Assembly: GCA_036554185.1 (NCBI GenBank)
Contig: DATBNQ010000055.1
Location: 7,987-71,986 of the forward strand
DNA: 64,000 bases
Direction: 5' to 3'
DNA from: Gemmatimonadaceae bacterium
Lineage (GTDB): Bacteria; Gemmatimonadota; Gemmatimonadetes; Gemmatimonadales; Gemmatimonadaceae
In this document: positions 49,278 to 57,557 of the stretch, piece after piece
Layout: every line of letters starts with the position of its first letter
Numbering within the stretch: the stretch's first letter is position 1
The notes under the pieces: generated by a model
What the model was told of the DNA's origin: nothing
The model's database searches: none
Seen by the model: the letters and a program-made list of their open reading frames with translations, nothing else
Made by a program: the position numbers and the translations under genes

Positions 49278-49384
49278 GTTGCCGAATCACTCCATCCGTG
49301 CGCCGAGCCGGGAGATGTGATGATCTCCAGGCCTGCGCCCCCCGGCCGCGACGTCCTCGCCCGACCCTTGCATGTCGGTTGCGC

Positions 49385-49732
49385 ATGACCAAAGACCATC
49401 GCAACCACCTTGAAGCCCGCCTTCTCCAGGAGCGCGAGCGAGTAACCAACCTCCTCAGCCGCTACGCTGAGCGACACGAAGGCGAGGACGAGCAGGACGA
49501 AGCCGGTGACCTCACCAAAATGCCGCTTCACATGGCCGACCAGGGGACGGATACAATGCAGCAGGAGCTGGACGCCGTGATGGCGGACCGCGAGACCGCC
49601 ACGCTCGCCGAGATCGACGCGGCACTCGAGCGGCTCTACCACGACCCGGATCACTTCGGCATGTGTGAGCGAACCGGCAAGGAGATTCCGTTCGCGCGAC
49701 TGGACATCGTTCCCTGGGCCCGGACCTGCTAG
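49385..49732 (+). CDS. DksA/TraR-family protein with degenerate C4 zinc finger
   Basis: Coiled-coil region with an acidic DxxD-like tip (MADQGTDTMQQELD) and a C-terminal CERTGKEIPFARLDIVPWARTC. Only one Cys is left at each CxxC position. Confidence 0.75.
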   Translation: MTKDHRNHLEARLLQERERVTNLLSRYAERHEGEDEQDEAGDLTKMPLHMADQGTDTMQQELDAVMADRETATLAEIDAALERLYHDPDHFGMCERTGKEIPFARLDIVPWARTC

Positions 49733-49887
49733 GTCGGAGGGATTCCTCGCTCGCACTGATTGCGACGCACATTTAACGATCGATTTCGCTCCGTTAGGAA
49801 TCGTACCGATCGGTAATCATCGGTGCGGTATCGAACGATGGTCCGAAGCCGTAGCTTACCTCCCTCCTACAGCCGAGGAAGCTTCGT

Positions 49888-52800
49888 TTGATCGTGCTTC
49901 ACGCTCTTGGGCAGTGCCTCATACGGACAGCGGTCACGACCATTACGCCCCGCGCCGACATGTGTTTCGCGCTCGCGTCCTACCTGACTCGCGAACGTGG
50001 AAAACGGGTCCCGCGGCGCTCGATCGAGACGTTCTTCTGGCCGGCCATGCGCCCGGGAGATGCTTCGCACTCGCTCAGCGAGCTGATTCACAAGCTTCGC
50101 GATAGGGGAGTACCGATCCAGCGAGACGAAGCGTCCTGCATCTGGCTGCCACGTGATGCGGCCTCCGTCGACGTAGACTCGTTTTCAAAAGAGCCGCTCG
50201 ACCGAATGGCGGACCGGGACCTGTCGATTCTGCCGGGTTACACTCCGCGGTCATCAGCTGCGTTCGTCGATTGGGTCGACGAGTGGCGTGAGCACATGCG
50301 GCTGCGCGTATTGCAGGACGTGGTCGGCGCGACCGCCAAGGCTGCGGGTACGCAAGACTGGCACCTTGCACTTGCTCTCGCCCGTCAGGCGCTGAAAATC
50401 GACCCGGCAAACGAGTCCGCGCTCCGGCTCCGCGCGCGAGCCGCCGATCACCTCGTCCACGAGGCGCGGGCCACAGCAGATCCTCAGCTTCCCGGCGTCG
50501 CCGGCCGCGCCGTCACGCAGCGGATTCGGGAATCGGCCACGATTCCTGAATGGCGGAGCCAACGGTCGATGTCAGCTGCGGACCAGGACACCGCGCTGGT
50601 CGGGCGGGAGCTGCCGATGCGGCGTCTCCGGAACGAGGCACTGCGGGCACTGAAGGGCGAGGTCTGCTCAGCATACGTCTCCGCGCCAGCTGGAATCGGC
50701 AAGAGCCGGCTTGTTCGCGAACTGCTCGGGTGGATGCGGGACCAGGGAGCTGCTGTGTGTGTCGTGGCATGCGATCGTCAGGACGGCCAGCGGCCGCTGT
50801 CGGCGTTCATTCAGGCCGTACCGCGGTTGCAGTCGATGCCAGGCGCAGCCGGTTGTGCACCGAGCGCGGTCGAATGCCTCGCACGGATCACGCAACTCGT
50901 AAATGAGACCACGGGAGTGGGTGCTCATGACGACGCAGTTCAACTGACGGCGTCGATCCGGGCCTCCGTAATCGATCTCGTCGACGCGGTAGCCGATGAG
51001 CAACCGCTGCTGTTTGTCGTCGAGGACGTTCACTGGATTGATCCGGCGTCGTGGTCGCTGCTGCGCACGATCGCGGCGAAAGCGCAGGGCTCCGTCTTTC
51101 TCATTTGCACGTCTCGCGTGGGCTGGCAACACACCGCGTGGGGTGCGCCTGAGTACTTCCGCCTGGAGGAATTGCCGGCACTCGACACGCACTCGGCTCG
51201 TGCGCACACGCAGAACTACCTTGCAAAACTGGATCGCGGCGCGAGCGATGAATACGTGGACTGGTGTGTCGACACATCCAGTGGCAATCCATATTTCATT
51301 GAGGAACTCGTCAACTACTGGGTAACGACGGGCGAGCAGTATTCCGCACCACCATCACTTGTCGCCCTCGTCGAAGCTCGGCTTGCACACGTTCGCCCGG
51401 AGGCGCTCCGCGTGATTCAGGCCGCAGCGATTCTGGGGAAGTACAGCACTGTCGAATTGCTGCAGAAGGTACTGGAATTTCCGACGCATTCCCTGATTTC
51501 ATCAATCGAAGAGCTGGCGCAGGCCGGCCTGCTGACAATGCCGGGCGGTGGCGACTCGAGCGGAACCGCGCCAGTCCTTTGCCGGCACGATCTCATTGGC
51601 CGAGCAGCCACCAGGGGCCTTTCGGGTCAGGGGCGTGCGTTACTGCATCACGCGGCGGCCCGCGCCATGGAATCTGCAGCTACGGACAACCAATCAGCCG
51701 AGCTTCTGTGGGATTGCGCCGATCACTGGCACGCTGCCGGCCAGTCCGAGCGCTCCGTTCGCGCCGCCATTGCCTGCGCGCGGCACCTCCACGACATGGG
51801 CCTGGTTCACAACGCAGTCCAACGGTGTGAAGCTGCGCTCGCGAAGTGCCAGACGAATTCAGCCCGAGCCGCCGTCCTGCGCGCTATGGCGCATTCGTTT
51901 TATGCGGCGCACGAGTGGCGCACTTTCTTTGACACGGTGGCGGAGGTACGATCGCTCGAAGCCGCATCGACCACGTACGCGCCGAAGCATGATGATCTCG
52001 AGCTCTGCGAACTCAGTGCGCAACGCAACGTTCATCGCGACTGGAGCGGAGCCCTGGAACTGACGCTCAAGTGCGTACGTTCCGCGGGCGCTGATGCACC
52101 ACACCGAGTGCAAGCCGCCATCATTGCCTTCTCGCTTGCCACCAACGTTGGCGGCCTCCAGATTATGGACGACGTTTTTCAACAAATTGAGCCACTCCTG
52201 TACTGCACTGGCGTGCGACCTCAGGACAGGCTCATGTTTACAATGATGTACAGCACCATTCGAGGTGACAAGGACACGAGCGCAACAACCGCACGGGAAC
52301 TGCTCGGGGTCGCCGAGAGGACGCTTCCGTCGCGCTATCGCATGACAGTAATGCTGAACTGCGCGAGCGCGTTACGTCGCAGCGGGGCTGTAAATGAGAG
52401 CGAGCTAGTCTGCGAATCGTTGTTTCATATCGCCGTGCCTCTGCGCTGCTTTGATTTGGCCGCAGAAGCCTGCAACCGGCTAATTGAGATGCATGTCGAT
52501 AGCGGGTGTCCGGTGGACGCTCGTCGCTGGGTTTCGACGTACCGTGCACTTAGGCGTCCAAAGAGAGAACTTCGCTCGCAGCGCACGCTTCGAATTGCGA
52601 TCGCTAGAGTGCACGTTTTAGACAGTGAGTGGGACGCAGCCGCCCAATTACTGGGCACAGCCCCTGGCAATCGCCTGTGGGAGGACTCGGTGTTGATGTT
52701 ACGAAGCGCGGCACTCGCCACAAAAATTCGCGTCGAGATAGGCAGAGGAACGCTGCCTGCAACTCTCGCCCCCCTCGTCAACGAGCTTGGCATACTCAAC

Positions 52801-52983
52801 GAGAGTTTCAGGACGGTTGGGGCGCAAGACTACGAATGTTACTCTTTGTACCTCGGCTACCGCTATATCAACGAATCTGCGCGCGCGGAAGGTTTCCTCG
52901 AACAGTACGTCAGACGCGAGCGGCGCGATAACAAGCCACTGGCTCCGGAAATAGCCGCCGAAGTCGCGCGGTTAGCCCTGTGA
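49888..52983 (+). CDS. SARP/BTAD-type winged-helix regulator fused to a STAND P-loop ATPase and helical-repeat domain
   Basis: TTG start. N-terminal OmpR/SARP-like wHTH plus a BTAD-like helix pair (WHLALALARQALKIDPANESAL). Walker A APAGIGKSRL, Walker B LLFVVEDVHWID. About 550 aa of alpha-helical repeats. Codons ending in A/T are more frequent than in neighbouring genes. Confidence 0.8.
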   Translation: MIVLHALGQCLIRTAVTTITPRADMCFALASYLTRERGKRVPRRSIETFFWPAMRPGDASHSLSELIHKLRDRGVPIQRDEASCIWLPRDAASVDVDSFSKEPLDRMADRDLSILPGYTPRSSAAFVDWVDEWREHMRLRVLQDVVGATAKAAGTQDWHLALALARQALKIDPANESALRLRARAADHLVHEARATADPQLPGVAGRAVTQRIRESATIPEWRSQRSMSAADQDTALVGRELPMRRLRNEALRALKGEVCSAYVSAPAGIGKSRLVRELLGWMRDQGAAVCVVACDRQDGQRPLSAFIQAVPRLQSMPGAAGCAPSAVECLARITQLVNETTGVGAHDDAVQLTASIRASVIDLVDAVADEQPLLFVVEDVHWIDPASWSLLRTIAAKAQGSVFLICTSRVGWQHTAWGAPEYFRLEELPALDTHSARAHTQNYLAKLDRGASDEYVDWCVDTSSGNPYFIEELVNYWVTTGEQYSAPPSLVALVEARLAHVRPEALRVIQAAAILGKYSTVELLQKVLEFPTHSLISSIEELAQAGLLTMPGGGDSSGTAPVLCRHDLIGRAATRGLSGQGRALLHHAAARAMESAATDNQSAELLWDCADHWHAAGQSERSVRAAIACARHLHDMGLVHNAVQRCEAALAKCQTNSARAAVLRAMAHSFYAAHEWRTFFDTVAEVRSLEAASTTYAPKHDDLELCELSAQRNVHRDWSGALELTLKCVRSAGADAPHRVQAAIIAFSLATNVGGLQIMDDVFQQIEPLLYCTGVRPQDRLMFTMMYSTIRGDKDTSATTARELLGVAERTLPSRYRMTVMLNCASALRRSGAVNESELVCESLFHIAVPLRCFDLAAEACNRLIEMHVDSGCPVDARRWVSTYRALRRPKRELRSQRTLRIAIARVHVLDSEWDAAAQLLGTAPGNRLWEDSVLMLRSAALATKIRVEIGRGTLPATLAPLVNELGILNESFRTVGAQDYECYSLYLGYRYINESARAEGFLEQYVRRERRDNKPLAPEIAAEVARLAL

Positions 52984-54318
52984 TGCGAGTCGCAAACGGG
53001 GTACTTCTTGCGTATGCGGAAGTGATTGATGCGATGAGTATTTGAACAGCTCGTCAAATCGCCCACTGCTGAGCAGCGCGTCACAGATCGACGGGTCGAA
53101 CTGACGGCCCCGATGCTTGATAAGCTCCGCCCTGACGGCGGTTGCATCCAACGCCTTACGGTAGGGGCGGTCCGATGTCATCGCATCGATCGTGTCGGCG
53201 AACATAATTATGCGCGACGCCAGTGGGATCCTGTCGCCGGCGAGTCCGTCAGGATACCCAGTACCATCCCAGTTCTCATGGTGATTTCGCACGGCGGGCA
53301 CGACGTCACGTAGCTGCGACACTTTGGAAACGAGCTCTTCGCTCTTGATCGGATGTGTTTGCATGATCGCATTCTCCTCTTCGGTCAGCCGGCCTGGCTT
53401 GAGGAGAATCGGGGCGAACACTTCGTGAATCTTGCCCACGTCATGCAACAGAGCGGCAATCTCCACCCGTTTTGCAACTGACGAACGGAGACCAACAATC
53501 TGCGCAATGACCTTCGCATGTTCCGACACTCGGCGTGAATGGCCGGACGTGTACGGATCGCGTGCTTCGATAGCGGCGACCATCAATTCAAGCAGCTCTT
53601 GGTTGGCTTTCTCAAGTTGCAGATTGACGATATAGAGTTCGCGGAGACCTAGCAGCGACACCGCGCAGACGAACGCTCCGGGCGCACCGTACTTCACGTA
53701 AACCCACGCGAGCCCCGCAATAACGGGCAAAGCAATGACATCGTAGGTCAGCGTGCCAAGACTGTTCTCCGTCCAGACGTCCCGGAAATTCCGATTATCG
53801 CTGAGCGCGATGACTCCGCTCACTGATAAACTGTTGACTCCGGAATACGTGACGAAAAGCGCGCCGAGGGCGATGTACGGGAGGGATCCAGATAGGACAG
53901 ACGTGCCGTCGAATAGTCGATACGAAAGAATCGCCACTGAAACCGACAGACATAGCTGGCAAATATTAAACAGCGCCTTGCCAATTGGTCTGCGCCTCAC
54001 AACCTGAACGACTAACGACACTGCCATTACGCCGACAACGGTCGCCCAATCCGGCGAAATTGCCGCGCTTGCGAGAAACGGAACGAAGGATACAGTCCCG
54101 GTTGTATTTCGTGAAAGCGAGTGACCCATCATGTGCGTGGCCAACGCGATAACACTCAACGTTGCCACTGCCCTGATATGGTCAGCACCAATTACTGGCG
54201 CGAGCCAAATGAGGAAGGCGAGAGATGCGCTGGCAAGCAGCGCAACGATAATAATGTACGTGCGAACTGGCTGTTTCATAATTTGTGCAAGGACCCCCGT
54301 CCGCGACCCTATGACCAC
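52972..54318 (-). CDS. multi-TM HD-GYP domain protein (c-di-GMP phosphodiesterase family)
   Basis: About 6-7 N-terminal TM helices, then HD-GYP motifs (HDVGKIHE, HHENWDGTGYPDGL). The start is either the GTG at 54318 or the ATG at 54279 (MKQPVRTY). Confidence 0.88.
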   Translation of the reverse strand: MVIGSRTGVLAQIMKQPVRTYIIIVALLASASLAFLIWLAPVIGADHIRAVATLSVIALATHMMGHSLSRNTTGTVSFVPFLASAAISPDWATVVGVMAVSLVVQVVRRRPIGKALFNICQLCLSVSVAILSYRLFDGTSVLSGSLPYIALGALFVTYSGVNSLSVSGVIALSDNRNFRDVWTENSLGTLTYDVIALPVIAGLAWVYVKYGAPGAFVCAVSLLGLRELYIVNLQLEKANQELLELMVAAIEARDPYTSGHSRRVSEHAKVIAQIVGLRSSVAKRVEIAALLHDVGKIHEVFAPILLKPGRLTEEENAIMQTHPIKSEELVSKVSQLRDVVPAVRNHHENWDGTGYPDGLAGDRIPLASRIIMFADTIDAMTSDRPYRKALDATAVRAELIKHRGRQFDPSICDALLSSGRFDELFKYSSHQSLPHTQEVPRLRLASQG

Positions 54319-54374
54319 TCTTGCGTACCGCCGCCGGAAAACATAGCGGCCAGAAAAGCCATCATCATCGTCAT
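54309..54374 (-). CDS. candidate 21-codon upstream ORF / leader peptide (MTMMMAFLAAMFSGGGTQEWS)
   Basis: GGGAGGTGA (54382-54390) lies 7 nt upstream of the ATG at 54374. The TAG at 54309-54311 overlaps the 5' end of the HD-GYP ORF in another frame. It is too short for the ORF track, and there is no other support. Confidence 0.3.
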   Translation of the reverse strand: MTMMMAFLAAMFSGGGTQEWS

Positions 54375-54563
54375 TTTCGCGTCACCTCCCATCCGTTCTG
54401 TCACGTCGCTCGCGCGTACGTGCAAACTGCAAAGGTTGGCTCCGCTCATTCCTACCGTACCTACCGTCTCAACTCCGCTAGGTCGGGGAACGGGGGTTTT
54501 GTTTTGATTAGTCTATAGGTTGTCTCGAGGTAAGCATCAGGCTGCGATTTCTACAACTGCTCT

Positions 54564-55325
54564 CTACGCGCCATACTCCAACCAACGGTTTGTCGCATCC
54601 AACACGGCAAGTACCGACGCCGTTTCCGCACTATCACTCACTTCGCACGTTCCGGCTAACAGCCGCACTTCCCGGCCATGCCGCACCGCAACGCCGACGA
54701 ATATGAACTTCCTGTCAAACGCTTCGAACACACGCACACCTTCCAAACCAAACTGACGATCCTTCGCGTCCGCGTCGCCTATCGCCAAACACGCCGCGCG
54801 CGCTGCCAATTCCAACCGCGCACGATCTCCGTCAACTCCACGTGCCTCTCCAATGAACGACGTCCCATCCTTGATCAACGACACTCGGCACGACACGCCA
54901 CGCGCCCGGGAACCACGCACTTCCACGTCCTCGAAATAGATCCGCCGACGTGGGCCGTCCAGTCCTGGGGTTGGCATGTAAACACCCATTCCCTCAGTAT
55001 CGGCAGCCGTCCGGTTTTTCGGAGGCGCAATCGGTGACGGCGTCGAGGTCGGCGGCGCTTGCTTCGGCTGCGGAGGAGGAGCCTCGCTCACCGCCGCAAT
55101 CGATACACGACGATGGTCGATCCGTAACCCGAGATGGGCGAAAAGCGCGCTCTCCACATTCCGCACGGTTTGCTTAGCGGGAACCTCGGACGTCGTCAGG
55201 ATATGTACCTCCTGTATCGACCCCTCCCCGTTATCCACTACCCGCACCGACACCACCCCAGGCAGCGTGCGGATCAATTCTTCGGCTTGCTCCCCGAGCC
55301 GAGCGGGCGTCACAAATGTAGTCAC
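54564..55325 (-). CDS. hypothetical protein: N-terminal alpha/beta module, Pro-rich linker, C-terminal beta-rich module
   Basis: GTG start. GC3-rich codons typical of the host. Linker SEAPPPQPKQAPPTSTPSPIAPP. No family motif recognised. Confidence 0.65.
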   Translation of the reverse strand: MTTFVTPARLGEQAEELIRTLPGVVSVRVVDNGEGSIQEVHILTTSEVPAKQTVRNVESALFAHLGLRIDHRRVSIAAVSEAPPPQPKQAPPTSTPSPIAPPKNRTAADTEGMGVYMPTPGLDGPRRRIYFEDVEVRGSRARGVSCRVSLIKDGTSFIGEARGVDGDRARLELAARAACLAIGDADAKDRQFGLEGVRVFEAFDRKFIFVGVAVRHGREVRLLAGTCEVSDSAETASVLAVLDATNRWLEYGA

Positions 55326-55477
55326 GCTTATAAGGAACTAAAGTTTGGCCGCGCCTGACGATGATCGCCCGCGCAATGGCCATCGGACTTGATGACCCCT
55401 AAAGACACAAGCCCGCCAAGAAGAGCATACTCGATCTCCCCATTGGCGGCCCTCACAAAGTGCGACCTCATGCCCAT

Positions 55478-57073
55478 TTAGGCAATAGTGGCGTATCCAT
55501 CCGGAATATCATACTCCTTCAGCTTCCGGTATAAAGTCCGCTCTCCGATCCCTAAAAGCTCGGCAGCTCGCCGCCGATTCCCATCAGTTTCCCGCAACGC
55601 GGCCTCGATCGCCCCCCGCTCGATCTCCGCCATCGTCATTCCAGGCGTGACCGTCAATACGTTCGGCGGAGGCCCGGACTCCGGTACAATTGCCGAAACA
55701 GCCTCACCCACCCCGACCGGCAACGCCCGGACGCCCTCCACCGGCTCCATTTCGCGCCGATTCCCCCCCCCGCCCCCGCCAAGCTCCGCAGTCTCATCGA
55801 CTCGCCGCCTCAACTCGTCCAACTGGAGCCGCAGCTCCACCAGGCTGTGAACGATGAATTCCAGCTCCCGCCCAGCCATCCCCGCCTCTGCGCTCCGTGC
55901 CGCGACCTGCGGAACCCGAACGGGCAGAAGACTCGACCCCTCCCGCACCTCCGCCGGTATATCGGTAGCCGTGATCTCGCGACCCGGCGCCAGTACCACC
56001 ATGCTCTCGATCAGATTCTTGAGCTGCCGAACGTTACCCGGCCATGCATAGTCCGACATGATCTGCATCGCATCCGCAGCAATCCCATGAAACGGCCTGT
56101 CGTGCTGCGCCGAAAACTGCCGCACAAATCGACGCACCAGCAGCGGTATGTCTGCGCGACGCTCACGTAATGGCGGGAGATAGATGCTCAGCACATTCAG
56201 CCGATAATAAAGATCCGAACGGAACCGCCCTTCTTCCACGAGCTTACGCAATGGCTGATTCGTCGCGGTAACCACGCGAACATTCACCTTTATCGGAATG
56301 GTCCCGCCAACTCGGGTCACCTCGCGCTCCTCCAGCACGCGCAGCAGTTTCACCTGCGTCGCGGGCGGAATGTCGCCAATCTCATCAAGAAAAAGCGTTC
56401 CGGTATCGGCAAGCTCGAACCGGCCGATGCGCCGCTCCGCAGCTCCGGTGAACGCGCCCTTCTCGTGGCCGAACAACTCGCTCTCCAGCAAGGTCTCCGG
56501 CAACGCACCGACATTGACGGCGATGAAGGGCCGCCCACGACGCGGGCTGAGTTGGTGTATCGCCCGCGCAACGAGCTCCTTGCCTGTGCCGCTCTCTCCC
56601 TGAATGAGCACGGTGCTCGACACTGGTGCCATCTGCTCCACCCGCACCAGCACCTCGCGGATCGCGTCGGACTGGCCGACCAGACCAGTAGATTCGGCGA
56701 GCCGGCGTCGCTCCAGTACGCGCTTCACGACGTCGACCAGCTCCTCCGCGACAACCGGCTTGGTGTACACATCGACGAAGCCAATCGAGCGGAGTCGCTC
56801 GATCAACTGCGGGTCCGCGACGTCGGCGAGTCCGATCACGGCTGTTCCCTCCCATAACTGATCGCGCACAACTTGACGCACCGCGGGGTCCGCTATGTTG
56901 CCCGTGAGCACAATCAGTTCCGGACGCGTCCGTCGAATCTCCGCCGAAAGATTGTCCACCGCGGATACAACCGACGTACTTATGCCGGCGGATTCCAACA
57001 ACGCGTTCAGACGGACCGCAGGCTCGACATCGGCAAGCGTAATCAGAACTGTAGCGCCGCCGTTACGCGCCAT
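55478..57073 (-). CDS. sigma-54-dependent transcriptional activator (bEBP) with degenerate receiver domain
   Basis: AAA+ core (GESGTGKE, ESELFGHEKGAFTGA), C-terminal Fis-type HTH (AAELLGIGERTLYRKLKEY). The N-terminal REC-like fold reads LIVLTGNI where LLLLDxxMP is expected. Confidence 0.92.
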   Translation of the reverse strand: MARNGGATVLITLADVEPAVRLNALLESAGISTSVVSAVDNLSAEIRRTRPELIVLTGNIADPAVRQVVRDQLWEGTAVIGLADVADPQLIERLRSIGFVDVYTKPVVAEELVDVVKRVLERRRLAESTGLVGQSDAIREVLVRVEQMAPVSSTVLIQGESGTGKELVARAIHQLSPRRGRPFIAVNVGALPETLLESELFGHEKGAFTGAAERRIGRFELADTGTLFLDEIGDIPPATQVKLLRVLEEREVTRVGGTIPIKVNVRVVTATNQPLRKLVEEGRFRSDLYYRLNVLSIYLPPLRERRADIPLLVRRFVRQFSAQHDRPFHGIAADAMQIMSDYAWPGNVRQLKNLIESMVVLAPGREITATDIPAEVREGSSLLPVRVPQVAARSAEAGMAGRELEFIVHSLVELRLQLDELRRRVDETAELGGGGGGNRREMEPVEGVRALPVGVGEAVSAIVPESGPPPNVLTVTPGMTMAEIERGAIEAALRETDGNRRRAAELLGIGERTLYRKLKEYDIPDGYATIA

Positions 57074-57557
57074 CCGCCCTCCGATGTTCAGTAACTCGTC
57101 CGCTGAGTATGTCGCACGCGTGCTCTATGATCGGCTCGAGTGCCGCAAGGCCATCACGCACCCCGCCAGCCGACCCCGGCAGGTTTACGACCAATGTGCG
57201 CCCACGAACTCCGGCAATTCCGCGCGACAACACGGCACGCGGAAAGCGTGTCGCGTTCCCGCGCATCTGCTCAACGAGGCCGGGTGCGTCCGCGTCGATG
57301 ACTGCACGCGTTGCTTCGGGTGTGACGTCCCGCATGGACAGTCCCGTGCCGCCTGTGGTCAGAACGAGATCGCAGCCGCCGCCATCACAAGCGCCGAGCA
57401 GCGCCCGAACGATCTCCACCGATTCATCCGGCACGGTCACACGCGATGCGACGCTGTAACCGCGCGCACGTGCCCACTCGGCGATGCTGTCCCCGGATAC
57501 GTCAACCCGCTTTCCGACTGCTGCCGAGTCGGAGACTGTGACTATGGCAATTTTCAA
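57063..57557 (-). CDS. mogA: molybdenum cofactor biosynthesis protein MogA/MoaB family
   Basis: KIAIVTVSD ... LVLTTGGTGLSMRDVTPEAT. Proposed TTG start at 57557 overlaps the gcvT stop (TTGA). The longer ORF (to 57746) would run 190 nt into gcvT. Confidence 0.85.
   Translation of the reverse strand: MKIAIVTVSDSAAVGKRVDVSGDSIAEWARARGYSVASRVTVPDESVEIVRALLGACDGGGCDLVLTTGGTGLSMRDVTPEATRAVIDADAPGLVEQMRGNATRFPRAVLSRGIAGVRGRTLVVNLPGSAGGVRDGLAALEPIIEHACDILSGRVTEHRRADGA

Noticed and set aside
54428-54444. Sigma-54-like promoter (minus strand: GGAGCC-AACCT-TTGCA) upstream of the HD-GYP gene.
   Set aside because: The GG-to-GC spacing is one nt longer than the strict -24/-12 geometry (TGGCAC-N5-TTGC), and the -24 element is poor. 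No better match was found in the 55326-55477 spacer either.
55478-57073. FleQ-like c-di-GMP binding by the bEBP, which would link it to the nearby HD-GYP protein.
   Set aside because: As I remember them, the FleQ c-di-GMP contact motifs (LFRS before the AAA+ core, RN after Walker A) are absent. The sequence here reads LVGQSD and ARAIH. The idea remains pure speculation.
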